A DNA stretch of 64,000 bases from Octopus sinensis (GCF_006345805.1 NC_043014.1:19344001-19408000), one strand, 5' to 3'; counted from the first letter of the stretch, positions 1-12,070 are shown. Translations and numbers: made by a program. The notes: a model not told the origin generated them from the sequence alone.

Positions 1-7
1 TACACAC

Positions 8-38
<31 letters not shown>

Positions 39-62
39 TGTATGTATGTATGTATGTATGTA
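1..62. repeat. (TATG)n microsatellite
   Basis: Direct tandem TATG array. Confidence 0.95.
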
Positions 63-765
63 TAATTCAGACAAATTTAAAATATGCATCAGAAGTTGTT
101 CTTAAAAAACAAAACCCAGCTGTTGTATTTTGAGAAATTTTTTTTCTATTTGAATGAAAATAGTTGACTTTTCAGGACACTTGATACATACTAGAATAAA
201 TTATGAAATCGTTCGCGGATGATCGAAAAATCTCGCTTGCAGTTTCTTAGATTCAACGAATACAGTCTCTATCCAAAGTTTCTCCTTGTTGATAGTGCTT
301 TGTTTTGTTCCTAAAGTTATTTCTAATCAAAATATCTATAGTTTGACTTATTTAAGGAGAATGATGGAAGGGTTAGTTTCAAATTGTTATTCAAATAATT
401 GTACTATAACCTTACTAAAAGCAGTTCTAGAAATGAACGTATGGTGTACTGAAAACACCTGCAATTCATTACGATTCTCTCAAATTATTTATCGTACTTT
501 ATATCTTTATTTCTTTATTCATTATCGATCACTCTGTGAATTGCATTTATTATATATTAAAAATGCAAATTAATTTCATTATTTCCTCTGAAATATTAGT
601 TTGGGTTATTGATATTAAAGACAAAAACGCACTATGCATTATTTATATTATTTACATTATCTACGTTGTCCTCAACGTTTCGGAAGGGGAAATTTTAAAC
701 CTGGGTTCTCATTCCTAAGGTATATTTTTCGATGTTATTATTATTAATATTATTAGTGTTGTTCA

Positions 766-837
766 GGTCACTGCTTGGAATAGAACTCGGAATCTTGGGG
801 TTAGTAACCCGCGATCTTAACCACTACACCATATGCC
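766..837 (-). promoter_or_regulatory. tRNA-derived Pol III internal promoter (A and B box), SINE-type head
   Basis: Minus strand reads TGGTGTAGTGGTTAAG (A box), an anticodon-arm-like segment, then GAGTTCTATTCC (B-box-like). The cloverleaf is imperfect. Confidence 0.7.
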
Positions 838-904
838 TGTGGGCAACTATGGAGTGAATTTTAGGGCTTATAAATCTAATATTTTTCTATTCTTCCTTAA
901 TACC

Positions 905-1133
905 TATTACTACCCACAAGGGGTTAAACACAGAGGGGACAAACAAGGACAGACAAACGGATTAAGTCGATTACATCGAACCCAGTGCGTAACTGGTACT
1001 TATTTAATCGACCCCGAAAGGATGAAAGCCAAAGTCGACCTCGGCGGAATTTGAACTCAGAACGTAATGGCAGACGAAATACGGCTACACATTTCGCCTG
1101 GTGTGCTAACGTTTCTGCCAGCTCGCCGCCTTA
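905..1133 (-). mobile_element. tRNA-derived SINE, family B (central domain CTTTCATCCTTTCGGGGTCGAT, Meta/MESC-like)
   Basis: Full-length copy with a 16-bp target-site duplication ATTCTTCCTTAATACC (889-904 and 1134-1149). Homologous pieces recur elsewhere in the window. The domain name is from memory and unverified. Confidence 0.85.
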
Positions 1134-1253
1134 ATTCTTCCTTAATACCGGTTCCCATATGCTGCTCATATCTGCACTTTGTCTGCTTAGGAGGTTGTTG
1201 TATGCTTGCATATGTGCTGCTTCGTTTAGTTTTCCTATTTTTGTATTTTCCAA

Positions 1254-1299
1254 GACACCTGAAGAAGGCTGGAGGGTATATCAGCCGAAACGTTGTGTT
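1254..1299 (+). ncRNA. Minimal type I hammerhead ribozyme (PLE terminus)
   Basis: GACAC-CTGAAGA-A-GGCTG(loop)CAGCC-GAAA-CG-TT-GTGTT. Stem I is GACAC/GTGTT, stem II is 5 bp, helix III is the palindrome AACGTT, and both core boxes are intact. Confidence 0.8.
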
Positions 1300-1920
1300 A
1301 GCAACAAACAAGATGAGGACAAATATCCGTTGAATGTAGATAATGTAAATAATGTAAATAATGCACATAATTCCTCATCTCTTAAATATAGAACTGAAAA
1401 ACGCACTATGTTCATAAATTAGATATTCATCTATATAATCGGTTTTACTTAATGAATCTGATAGTTCACCAAGTATATGATATTGTAATACAGAAAATAC
1501 TCTTAGCATAACACTTCTGTTTCAAAATAGAGTAAAAGCTATACTTAACTGTAGTAAATGTGGCATTGGTGATACAAAAAATCTTTGCAACTGTATAACC
1601 GTTTCCAGTTCGGCAGAGAGAAAAGTAACGGTAACAGCTGATGGTAATACGATGTGATGTTGTATAAGTTCCTGCGTCCCAAACTTTAAAAATAAATTTA
1701 TAATTATCTCTCCGCATTCAAATTTAGGAAATAATAATAAACTACATCCTTAAGTAAATATATCTGAAGTTTAAAAGACAGAAATACCAAATATGACCTT
1801 CAATGTTCAATTAAAAGCGGTGCTTTACCGTATACAAATGATAATCTTAAATGCGTCCTGTATCTTGAAGAAATAATTGATTAAACCGAGGAATGCGGAA
1901 ATGAAGTAGCGATAAAATAC

Positions 1921-2282
1921 TCTTTTGCTCTTTTACTCTTTTACTTGTATCAGTCATTTGACTGCGGCCATGCTGGGGCACCGCCTTTAGTCGAGCAAAT
2001 CGACCCCATGACTTATTCTTTGGAAGCCTAGTACTTATTCTATCGGTTCGGTCTCTTTTGCCGAACCGTTATGGTTACGAGGACGTAAATACACCAACGT
2101 CAGTTGTCAAGCGATGTAGGTGGGGGGACAAACACATATACACAAACATACATACACACATACATATATATATATACATATACACGGTCCGAGGCTATAG
2201 TAGAAGACACTTGCCCAAGTTACAACGCAATGGGACTGAACCCGGAATCATGTGGTTAGGAAGCAAGCTACTTACCACACAG
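1921..2282 (-). mobile_element. tRNA-derived CORE-like SINE, family A, with internal (TA)/(TG) microsatellite
   Basis: Matches the other family A copies (head ...TGTGGTAAG...GGTTCAGTCCCA, CTTGGGCAAGTGTCTTCT, tail CCAGCATGGCCGCAGTCAAATGACTGAAACAAGTAAAAGAG). Part of the middle is deleted. Confidence 0.9.
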
Positions 2283-2343
2283 AAGTTCACGTTTTATAAA
2301 AGAATACTTTCAAATATTTACCTAATAAGTAATCTTAAGATTA

Positions 2344-2560
2344 GTAATGTTTGATGCCACTTCAATATGGCTGTTCCGTACGGAACGACGCTACTACTCC
2401 TCCTTAACCCCAGAAGAACACCTCCTCCAGCTGGTTAACGACACAACTGATATGCGACACATTGCGAGCAGGGTAGGGAACTCCTACCATCTAGCGATCT
2501 GACTGGACCAGCAGACCAGCCTGGTTTCGGGGTATTTGAACTTCGTCACTACTAGACACC
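2344..2560 (-). repeat. Repeat A, copy 1 (possible PLE pseudo-LTR with a degenerate hammerhead at 2509-2554)
   Basis: Direct-orientation homolog at 8002-8140. Minus strand reads TAGTA-GTGACGA-...-GAAA-CCAGGCTGG-TC-TGCTG, with C3 replaced by G and a poor stem II. Confidence 0.5.
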
Positions 2561-2827
2561 TGTCTGCTAGAGATAAAATATTTATTATGACCGAACTGAT
2601 CGCACATAGACAAACAAATACAAGACAAACAAATACAAAAAAATGTTAAATGAGTTCGAACGAGCATTGTGTTAAAAATTACTTCAATCTTTTTTTTTAT
2701 GTAACGATTAATTTTTACCTTAAACTAGAATTTTTTTTATAAACGAAAACAAAGAAAGAAAACGAATTAAAGTTCAAAAAGATCGAACCCGGCAGCCTTT
2801 AAGGCCCAGCAACTATCTTTTCCTTTC

Positions 2828-5800
2828 ATCAATGATTAAGCTGGGTTACTGACATCCACCTTTCTCATCCTTCTATCGTTTCTCGTATTCACTCGATGGC
2901 AGGGTCCTGCTCTCCAACCCCATCTTGCTCTTTAGATGGTATCTGAAGACAGCAAACCGGGGCCAGAGATGAAGGCCTGTCACAGAACCTTCAATTCTAG
3001 TCCTCCAGACACACTCTTTCAGTACTGCAACCATACAGTAAAAGCAAGCCTTACCTTCCTTTGAGAGTCCAGTTGGCGGTATCATCTTTATTATAGATCC
3101 AGCCGACAGCTGTACTCATCCCAGATGCGACAGCGCGTGTTCAACGTAACTTATCAAGCTAGATAGCTCCCGACATTGTACAAAAGCGTGCTGGACAGTT
3201 TCATTGTCCAGCCCACATCTTGGACACGTCGGTGGCACTGACATTCCGTGCCTGGATAACTTACCGCGAACAGGTAAAGCGTTGCTGTAGCACTGCCAAG
3301 TCAGGGATTTTTGGAAGTTGTCCAAATACTCCGGCCTGAAAGTTTTTTGGAACAGGTTGGCGAGTTGGTTCTCATCGAACCCCAGAGCCCCTCCTGACAC
3401 GTCATCGTTTTTTGCCTCAAACAGCCCTCTATGGAACACCGAGGTGGTATTCCCGCTGCTAGCTTTCCCCGGCTTGTGGTTCAGCTAGAGTGCCTGACGG
3501 CACACCTTCTGCCATCAAGTCAGGTTACGTCTTTTAATGAAACCGGGTTTAAATCTATCCGAAGAATCCGGTGGTGGCAAAAACTCCTCCGCCAGCGGAC
3601 TCCACACCTTATCACCCTCCAGGTGGCACCAGAGATGTTTCAGCCTCAACGCATGTCTGCGCATTCTCAGTCCAAGGCATTCTCAGTCCACCCTTTAACG
3701 GTTCCTGGCAGCAAACGGAGCGCCTTACAAGTGGCTTTCCTCCCTTCCACAAAAAGCGGAACAGGAGTCGTTCCAACTTGTTTAGCCACAAATCGGGGCA
3801 ATGCACTACGGACAGGCGGTAGGTGATTACAGATGCTATAAACACCTGCACCACCCTCACCCTGCCCTTCAAGGACAGAGGCCTTCCGGACCACTTCCGT
3901 ACTATGGCCTCCACCTTCTCCACTACCTCGCTCCAATTCTTCTCCGTCTGGGAGTCCGGGCCAAACCATACTCCAAGCAACTTAAAAGGACCATCTGTCC
4001 AGTGTTCAACGATATTGGCTTGTTCCTCCAGGTGCCGTGGCGCAAACCGATGGACTTGTCCTTGTTAACTTTTGCCCTGCCACCGCATCTTCTACACGAG
4101 GTAGCTGTGCTTCGTTGGACACGATGAGGGTGACGTCATCCGCATAAGCAGAAACAGACCTACCGCATCCGATTTCATTTGGGTTGCCTCCCAACTTCTC
4201 CAACTTCCGCAGTAATGGCTCAAGAGCCAAAATGTACAGAAGCGGAGACAAGGGACACTCTTGACGAACAGAACGCTTGAACGAAAACAGCTCCGTTAGA
4301 TAGCCGTTTATCTAGACTGTGGACTTGACGCCGCTGTGCATAGCGGAGATCCACCCGCGAAAGCCAGGGCCCCGCCCAGCCACTTCGAGGATCGCCCCCA
4401 GGTACCGATGGTCTACATTATCGAACGCTTTACTCTGGTCTAAATGGACCAATGCCCCTCCTTTGCCGGCTAATTTCCCAACCATATTTAAGGTGTAGCC
4501 GAGAAGGTGAAGATTATCCTGGATCGATCTGCCTGGGATTGCACATATCTGAGCCTTCCCGACAAGTTTCTCCACGACAGCCGTCAAACTTTTTGCTAAC
4601 ACCTTGGCCAAAATATTTAACTCTACATTAAGTAGAGTTATGGGCCTATAATTACAGATACGATCCTCCTTGCTCGAGTCTTTCTGGACCAGCGTCACAA
4701 CTCCCCGGCTCATAGGGATGGGAATCCTCCCATTCTGTTGCCAGTTTGCATAGACACCTGTCAGTATGTCCCCGAACAAGTCCGGCATACAACGATAAAA
4801 ATCATAGGGCAGACCATCTAGCCCCGGTGCACTCGGCCAGCATCTCTCTTACCTCCACGGGAGTGATCGGTCCTTCACAGTATTCAGCCTCACGTGCCGA
4901 GAGTAGCGGCCGACCAGCTAGAAAGTCCTTTAAGGACTTCTCCCGCTCAAGCGGACCACTCTTCTCGAACAACCGAGCGAAATGCTGCTAAAAGACTTTC
5001 TGCATCTCCTTCTGTTCATAGATCTTGCGTCTCTGTCCGTTAAAGATTTTATAGAGGACTCTCTGACTCTCCGCAAGACGTGCCCATGCGGCAACATTAA
5101 TACCTTCTCGTTTCCCTGCACATAGCTTAGCTCTGACTCTGCAAACTTTATGCTTGGCGTTGAGGTGACGCTACACGGCTGTTCTTGCTGCCAACACTCT
5201 AGATGCAGAACCAGATTCCATTGCCTCGTCTAAGTTCTTAACTAAATCGCCTTCTATTCTAGTCCTATCTAAACTTGGCTGTTTACTAAATCTAATGGAC
5301 TCCAAACGGATGGCTCTTTTGAGGGCGTGCCACCATCTATTGTTAATGATGGTGCCACATAATGCCCTCTGAACTAACACCTTAATCCGGGTACGGAAAG
5401 CTTCACAAGTCAAAATAGACTTGTTCATTTTCCAATATCCGCGTCCCTGTCTATGACATTTATCTATATGTACCTCACACGTCACTAGTTTGTGATCCGC
5501 GTATGGCACAATACAGAATTGTGGATAACTAACACTATTCTTATCTCTTTCTTTTATAAATACCCTGTTGGTAACGGTCTACTAGATTATAGTTCCCTAG
5601 TAGACACTTGAGGCAAGGATTCCCTTTCCTATCAGTTGAGCCCACACTATCGTCCCGTGCATCGAGGATAGTATTGCGGTTCCCTACCAAAACTAACGTG
5701 TTGGACGTCACTAGAAAGTGCTCCAGGTCCCGGTAAAAACTAGACTGCCTACACTCCTTAAGGTCATAGACAGCTACCAGCCTGAAGGACAGCTTACTGA

Positions 5801-6092
5801 CATGAGTCACATCCAGGACAACCAGCCTGCCTTCTGGGTCTAGAAAGACAGTACTTATCAGTAAGTCCAAGTTCTTCCTGATAAGAACTGTCACACCTGT
5901 ACCTCCTCTTCAGCTATGAGAAATAAATTTCTTGTAACCACCCAGAAGAAGCGAGAACGTTTGAGGTCCATTCATCTTGGACTTGGTTACAATAGCCACA
6001 TTTATTCTATGTGTCGTGAGATCGTTCAGGAAACAAGCCTATTTCCATCTTGACCCCATTCCACGCACATTTAAACAAGCTAACTTAATCAT
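2828..6092 (-). pseudogene. Tx1 ORF2 remnant: AP endonuclease, reverse transcriptase and zf-RVT, with many frameshifts and stops
   Basis: Begins MIKLACLNVRG. Motifs YADHKLV, NYRPITLLN, LDQSKAFDNVDH, SPLLYILALEPLL, SAYADDVT, LGVWFG and CPRCGLDNETVQHAFVQC are spread over several frames. Confidence 0.9.
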
Positions 6093-6114
6093 CAAAGAAA
6101 GAAAAATAAATTAC

Positions 6115-7601
6115 TTACGGTTATGAGAGGGAGCATGGCAGTTTATGTTTGCATGCCTCCCCAGCATTCCTCGTAGTTGCTGGTATTTTTACCGACGTTG
6201 CCACCGGGCTCTGGGTTGGAGTGGCTGCCGGGCTGATAACCAGCTTCCGAGCTATCACCTCCTGGGTTACATCTTTGATTAGGTTGTTTTCAACATGTTC
6301 TTGGAGGAGCTTTCCTTTCCACTCCTCTTCTCCGACTTTGGCATAACGAGTGTCAGACTCTTTGTCAGTCACTTAAAAAGATGTAATACGATTGTTTGCT
6401 TTAATAAAGCGTAACACCTTTTCATTTTTAACCTTAAACGAGATAATCTTGAAGGGGTTTTTTGAGACTTTTTAGCGTTGGGGGTGGGGTTTATTGAAAA
6501 TGTAGTTTCAGCTGGGTGGGACTGGCGAATGTTTTGGCGTTGTTCGCTGGTGTTTGTAGTTTTTCTTTTTTGTTTGGGGAGGGGAGTCCGGGGTGCTTTC
6601 TTTTTTCCGTTTGTATGTAACTGTTGTGTAATCCATATCTACTTGTTCATTTTCTTTTGTTTGTTTTTTCTTCTTCCTTTTGTTCTTCATTCTGTGTTTA
6701 ATTTTGTTTCTTTCTATCCATCTGTTTTTCGGTTTGCCTTTCCCCGTTATTTTCATTTGTTAGTGTTGTGTTCTCCTGTTTCTTTGTGTTTTTCTCTACG
6801 TTTTCGGGGGGGACCTCAACTGTTTCTTTGTGCAGGTAGAGCGAACGTGGCCCTTCTGCCCGCACTTAAAACACCAGGGCTTACGTCCCTCCACCGACAC
6901 ACGAATTGTATGCCCTTCCCCCATGAAGACTCTATCGGGCAAATTTTCTAATGTTTGGTTATCGGCTTGTATGACCATTTCCAGTATTTGTCCTCTCCAG
7001 TTTGTCGGTTCCTTTTCCCTCATGCTCAGGATGATTAGTTTCCCTTCGATGTCAAATATTACTGCCGCTGCTACCCACATGACTTCGTAACCAACAGGTA
7101 TTTCCTCAACCGTCACTTTCGCCGTTCGCCGACCCAAATACCTTGGCAGCAACATAATCTCTTCGCTCTTCAATGTTTGAGTCGAAATTCCCTTTGCTAC
7201 GTTAGCCGATTCGAAATGTGATTCTATTGTAGCACTTCTTACACCTCGGCTAACGTAGCGAATCTTGTTCTATACCGGTGCCATGCACTGTTCAACTATT
7301 TCATTTTTTACTTCGGTGATTCTTTTTTTCCTTTATACTATATATTTTGTAGACGACAGTTTTTTCTTAAATTGCTTGAACAGTTTCCGGGGGTGGTATT
7401 AACTTAGTTTCTTCTCCAGTTTTTTCAATTAATTTTCTGAACTGGAAGAGCTTCTCCATGGCTACTTCCAGTTCGACGACATTGCCACCTACGGCGACCG
7501 AAAAGCTTTCTTTTTCCTGGGTATCCTTTTTTATTTCCGTTGTTGTTTTTACTTCCTCTCATCTCGGAAAAATCATTCTTGGACGTGAGTTCGTACTCCA
7601 T
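6115..7601 (-). pseudogene. Tx1 ORF1 (gag-like) remnant with CCHC zinc knuckle
   Basis: ORF 6796-7173 ends ...VEGRKPWCFKCGQKGHVRSTC and lies directly upstream of ORF2. Stops and frameshifts are present. Confidence 0.75.
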
Positions 7602-8001
7602 AATGTAGAACTTGTCTCAAAAGATAAGAAAACCTTGTCGCAAATGACGAGAGAAAAAAATTCCAAAATAACCTGTAAAGGTTAACAGTTCACAGAAATT
7701 CAGAAATTTTCTGCCCCGTGGGGTGAAAATTACTGTTTGTCAAAGACAACAGTTCAAATCAACGTACAGAATACAATAACAAAAAGCACCGAGAGAAACG
7801 AGCTCACGTAAGGATTGGGTAGGAAATGAAAATATTGACGCACAACTGAGGAAAAAAATGAGGCTGCTAGAGGTGGCAGTCATTCGCCCCAACTCGCAAT
7901 ATATAAAAAATAAGTGATGTTCATCCGCTGATCTTGCAACAAACAAAGTAACTAGTTCCGAACTCTCTATAAAAGATGTAAATAGTAACTCTACTGCAAG
8001 G

Positions 8002-8140
8002 TAATGTTTGTCGCCACTTCAACAAGGCTGTTCGGTACGGACGGAACAACAATACTACTACTTTTTAACCTCGGGAGAAGGCCTCCTCCAGCTGGTTAAC
8101 GGCATAATCTTTGTCCCATCTAGCGATATAACAGGACCAC
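8002..8140 (-). repeat. Repeat A, copy 2 (internally deleted)
   Basis: Shares GTAATGTTTG, GCCACTTCAA, GGCTGTTC-GTACGGA, CCTCCTCCAGCTGGTTAACG and CCATCTAGCGAT with 2344-2510. Confidence 0.75.
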
Positions 8141-8142
8141 AC

Positions 8143-8151
8143 ATACATACA

Positions 8152-8183
<32 letters not shown>

Positions 8184-8474
8184 CATATATATGAGTGTGT
8201 GTGTATGTGTGTGTATGCGTGTGTGTGTGCGTGTGTGTGTGTGTGTGTGTAGATGTATGTTTGTATGTGTTTGTGTGTCTGTGTTTGTCCTCCCAACATC
8301 GCTTGACAACCGATGCTGGTGTGTTTCCATCCCCTTAACTTAGCGGTTTGGCAAAAATATACCGATAGAATAAGTACTAGGCTTACAAAGAGCAAGTCCT
8401 GGAGTCGATTTGCTCGACCAAAGGTGGTACCCCAGCATGGCCGCAGTCAAATGACTGAAACAAGTAAAGAAAGA
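8143..8474 (+). mobile_element. SINE family A, 3' half
   Basis: Microsatellite followed by the family A body and tail. Confidence 0.85.
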
Positions 8475-9077
8475 ATTAGATATCATCTACCAATCCTACT
8501 TTAGTTATGACGTCAACTAGCGTTCATTAACGCTCACCGTTAGTATCTTAATCCACTCCTGTCAGTATCGTATTTATTGAAAAAAACATTCGGCTGCTGT
8601 AACTTATAATTATTACTTAATGCTTTTCTATTTTGAAAATCCCTGGGTGATACTTAATTGCAGGAATAATCATCGTTAATAAAGTTTCCCGGCTCAATAT
8701 ATTTACATAGGCGACTTCTTACGGCCTTGTATTTAGAGTGCAGAAGCTCTCCAGAGGAAATATCCTCCTCCGTTATTTTACCATGTCTATAACAGAACAT
8801 GTCATCACTAAATACTTATTAAGTGTTGAAGCATTAAAAGTAAAGAAATAAACTAAAAAAAAAAGAAGCCTTATCAATACTTTTACAAATTATTCAGTCA
8901 TTTTACTTTCGCTCTAAAGCACTAAGATCGATTACTTAACGATCTGTAGATATATCTATGAGGATTAATGTTAATATTTGTACAAATCTTTTGTTTGGCA
9001 ATGCACTAGTTGAACTTAAGCACCGGTAGATATTAACCCACATTTGCAAGACCAAATGAAAGTTTATCTAAAAATGC

Positions 9078-9193
9078 ATACTACTGCTGCTACTACTACT
9101 GATGCTGCTGATACTACTCCTGCTGTTGCTGCTACTACTACTACCACCACCACTACTGCTACTACTACTACTACTACAACTACTACTACTACA

Positions 9194-9225
<32 letters not shown>

Positions 9226-9245
9226 ACTACTACTACTACTACTAC
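9078..9245. repeat. (CTA/CTG)n trinucleotide array
   Basis: Direct observation; explains the poly-T and poly-V ORFs. Confidence 0.95.
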
Positions 9246-10024
9246 TTCCAACAAAATCAACAATAACAATACTACCAACACAAAAAATTACTATAACAGT
9301 AATAGCAGAGATGAAAACGTTTAAAGTCACCAAAAATGGGCGCTAAGGTGTATGTGTCGAAAATCCTGGTGTCGCCGATTAGTACCAGATCCAATCTTAG
9401 TCACATGTTATCAGTCAAGAGACTCCACCTGAAGTGCATCTATATATCCCACTCTTAGAGCCACAGTCTTGGTTGAAAAGAAAGGCTCTGTGCTAGGACT
9501 TTCCATATCACCATATTATATCTACAGGTTTTGTCAAATTATTTTCAACTGTTATGGCACCATAAAAATTCTCGTTCTGAAAACCTCTCCCTCTACCGTG
9601 TTTCAATGTTTTCCTTCTGTATGATAAAAGAAGTCAGTTCTTGGTGTATGTATGCTTTGCTCATGCTTTCGTCACGGCGTCCGTCTGCTGGTACTGATTC
9701 TGTGTCGCCTTTTGTACGACACGATTATTTTCTTAGCTTTTGCCCTCAACTGCAGCATCTAGTACACTCCATTCGCCAGGTGGATAAGATCTGGGATCAT
9801 TTCTACATCCTCTTGTTTGATCTGGAAGGGGATCTCCACTGTAGTCCCAAACCAACACCCTCTCTTCATTCCTGTTATATCACAGATGGTATCTCTCCTC
9901 TCCAAAACTACACAGACATCATCCACTAGTAGACCAACCCAGACCAAACACTCTCAGTCGCAATACAAACTGACATTTTCTCTAAGTTTGTTGGGTAGAG
10001 CATGAGTAGTAGTAATAATAATAA

Positions 10025-10240
10025 TAGTTTCAAATTTTGGCAGAAGGCCAGCATGTTCGTGGGACAGGCTAAATCAATTACACCGACCCCAGTGCTCAAG
10101 TGGAATTTATCTTATCTCCCCCGAAATGATGAATGGCAAAGCCGACCTCCGTGAAATTTGAAATCAGAATGTAATCACGGACAAAATACCGCTAAGAATA
10201 TAGCTTGGCGTGATAACAATTTTGCCAGCTCGCCACCTTA
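10025..10240 (-). mobile_element. SINE family B, diverged copy
   Basis: Aligns by eye to 905-1133 (GCCAGCTCGCC-CCTTA, ATTTGAA-TCAGAA, GATGAA-G-CAAAG-CGACCTC). Confidence 0.75.
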
Positions 10241-10249
10241 GTTATGATC

Positions 10250-10849
10250 ATCATAATAACATCACTTGGTTATTGATAGATATTGCAATATCTTCAGGCA
10301 AAAATATTACGCGAAAAGGAGCTGAGAAAATGTCAAAGTACAAAGATCTTGAAATTGAAGTATTCAAGTTGTAATGAAGGTAAAAACAATTTCCGCAATA
10401 ATTAGCACATTGACTATGACACAAAAAGAATTTAAAGAAAAAAACTAGAGAACAAAAACGTAGAAGCGGAACCCTGCTACGAACAGCCACGATTCTATGC
10501 AATTCATTAGTAAAACCCAAATGAAAGAATCGACAGATACAAGATACGCCCAGTATAGTAAATACCCCATGAAATAAACAAGCACGCACAACGTGTGCTC
10601 TACAGGACGGATACTCAACAAAACAACACAACTCGCATTACACACACAGCATACAATACAAAATCTAATATAACAAAAGACTCAAGCCAAACCCCATAAA
10701 CAAAGCAGTTTGATGCATTACAGTACTGGGAAGAGACTGCACTCCCTTCACGTAAAAAAACAGTAAAGCACAATGTTGCACAGAGCTCAACATCACGGAG
10801 CTGTGGTAGATGATGCAGTAGAATTTTGCCTGAAATTATCAAATGCCAG

Positions 10850-10850
<1 letters not shown>
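10250..10850 (+). mobile_element. Old R4/Dong-like RLE retrotransposon 3' fragment ending in (TAA)n
   Basis: Degenerate translation resembling LIDIAI...KMSKYKDLEIEV, homologous to 11585-11690. It is followed by a putative 3' UTR ending CAAATGCCAGA(TAA)n. Confidence 0.6.
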
Positions 10851-10896
<46 letters not shown>

Positions 10897-10903
10897 AATA
10901 ATA

Positions 10904-12069
10904 AAACATGAAAACATGAAAACAAGAAAGCATCATACTCAGTCACAAAACAGGCAAAGGAATATCTAAGTGAATTCCGAATACAACCAATTTCGGAATT
11001 AGAGATAGATATACAAGAAACAAGCACAGAAAAAGCTAGGCGCATGAAAACCCGTGCCAAAACTGCGGCCTTAGATATTCTGAATAATAAATGGCAAGAA
11101 AAACCTCTCTATGGCAAATACCCAAAGAGAGCGAATAATGCAGATATCGACAAAGCCCTGACCCATCAATGGCTAATGGCCTCTGGCTTAAAATCTGAAA
11201 CAGAGGGGTTTATCATAGCAGCTCAAGATCAATGCCTACCAACAAGAAACTACCAGGCCAACATATTAAAGATCAGAAGCAGTCCAACGTGTCGTGTATG
11301 CAAGCAACAAAATGAAACCATTGACCATGTGGTCTCCAAGTGCAGTCTTCTAGCGCCTACAGAGTATCTCAACAGGCACGATAGAGCTGCACAATATATT
11401 CACTGGGTAATCTGTAAAAACCTGGATTTGCCCCATGAAAAAAACTGGTGGGAACACAACCACCCCCAGTGCTTGAAAATGACCACATCTCACTCCTCTG
11501 GAACTTCACCATTCAAACTGACAGGAAGATAGATGCAAATAGGCCAGACATCATATTGAAAGACTTCAAACAAAGAACATGCCTCCTCATTGATATGACT
11601 GTCCCAATCGATATAAACGTATCTGTCAAGACCGACCAAAAACTGAGCAAATATAAAGATCTTGAAATAGAAATCAGCAAAATGTGGAAGCTGAAGACTA
11701 AAACAATACCTGTTGTCATAGGTGCCCTGGGAATGATAGCAAAAGGGGCTGATAGCTACCTAACTCAGATATCAGGAAACCCCAAAATGGCAGAATTTCA
11801 AAAGATAGTGCTCATGGGAACTGCTCATATCCTACGCAAAATACTCTCTATGTAATCTCAAGGTTTAAAACAAACATAATTTTCGGTTTAAAAAAAAAAA
11901 AAAAAAAAAAAAATTTTTTTTGACATTCATTAGTATAACATCCCCACCCCCCAAATATATGGCACACTAGGCATAACAACAACATGAACTTCCAACCCTG
12001 TTGTCTCTTGAGGTCTCTGGGTGAGACTTGGAGCCAACTTGTACAAATATAATGCAAAAGTCAAACATA

Positions 12070-12070
<1 letters not shown>
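10904..12070 (+). mobile_element. R4/Dong-clade non-LTR retrotransposon, 5'-truncated, relatively young
   Basis: ORFs 11044-11532 and 11448-11855 (one frameshift) encode CRVC-x-ETIDHVVSKC, RHD, and NRPDI...LIDMTVP...KLSKYKDL (restriction-like endonuclease). (TAA)n arrays lie on both sides (10850-10903 and 12071-12140). Confidence 0.88.

Larger units (their letters stand above)
637..1396. mobile_element. Non-autonomous Penelope-type composite: tRNA-derived head plus inverted hammerhead-bearing termini
   Basis: Flanked by a 14-bp direct repeat AAAAACGCACTATG (623-636 and 1397-1410). Segment 637-683 is an inverted, internally deleted copy of 1285-1364. Contains a tRNA-like segment (766-837, minus) and a hammerhead (1254-1299, plus). 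Confidence 0.75.
2690..7960 (-). mobile_element. Tx1-like (L1 clade) non-LTR retrotransposon, near full length, decayed
   Basis: ORF1 has a zinc knuckle (CFKCGQKGHVRSTC). ORF2 has APE, RT and C-terminal Cys motifs. A T-rich 3' UTR and a short poly(A) (plus-strand T run 2690-2698) follow. The 5' boundary is approximate. Confidence 0.9.

Noticed and set aside
766-837. Functional tRNA gene
   Set aside because: Acceptor and anticodon stems pair poorly, and it lies inside a TSD-bounded mobile unit; treated as a SINE-type head.
1466-1717. Minus ORF with a DAGTY (Ig-like) motif
   Set aside because: No other Ig-fold residues, no convincing splice sites, and no similarity to the expected next DH exon.
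8690-8790. Candidate next RhoGEF exon (HGKITEEDISSGELLHSKYKA)
   Set aside because: Its only open frame needs a phase 2 acceptor while exon 12261 ends in phase 0, and the peptide does not resemble DH sequence.
9500-10000. Possible transposase or LINE fragment
   Set aside because: GC-raised and probably mobile-element derived, but no motif could be assigned in any frame.
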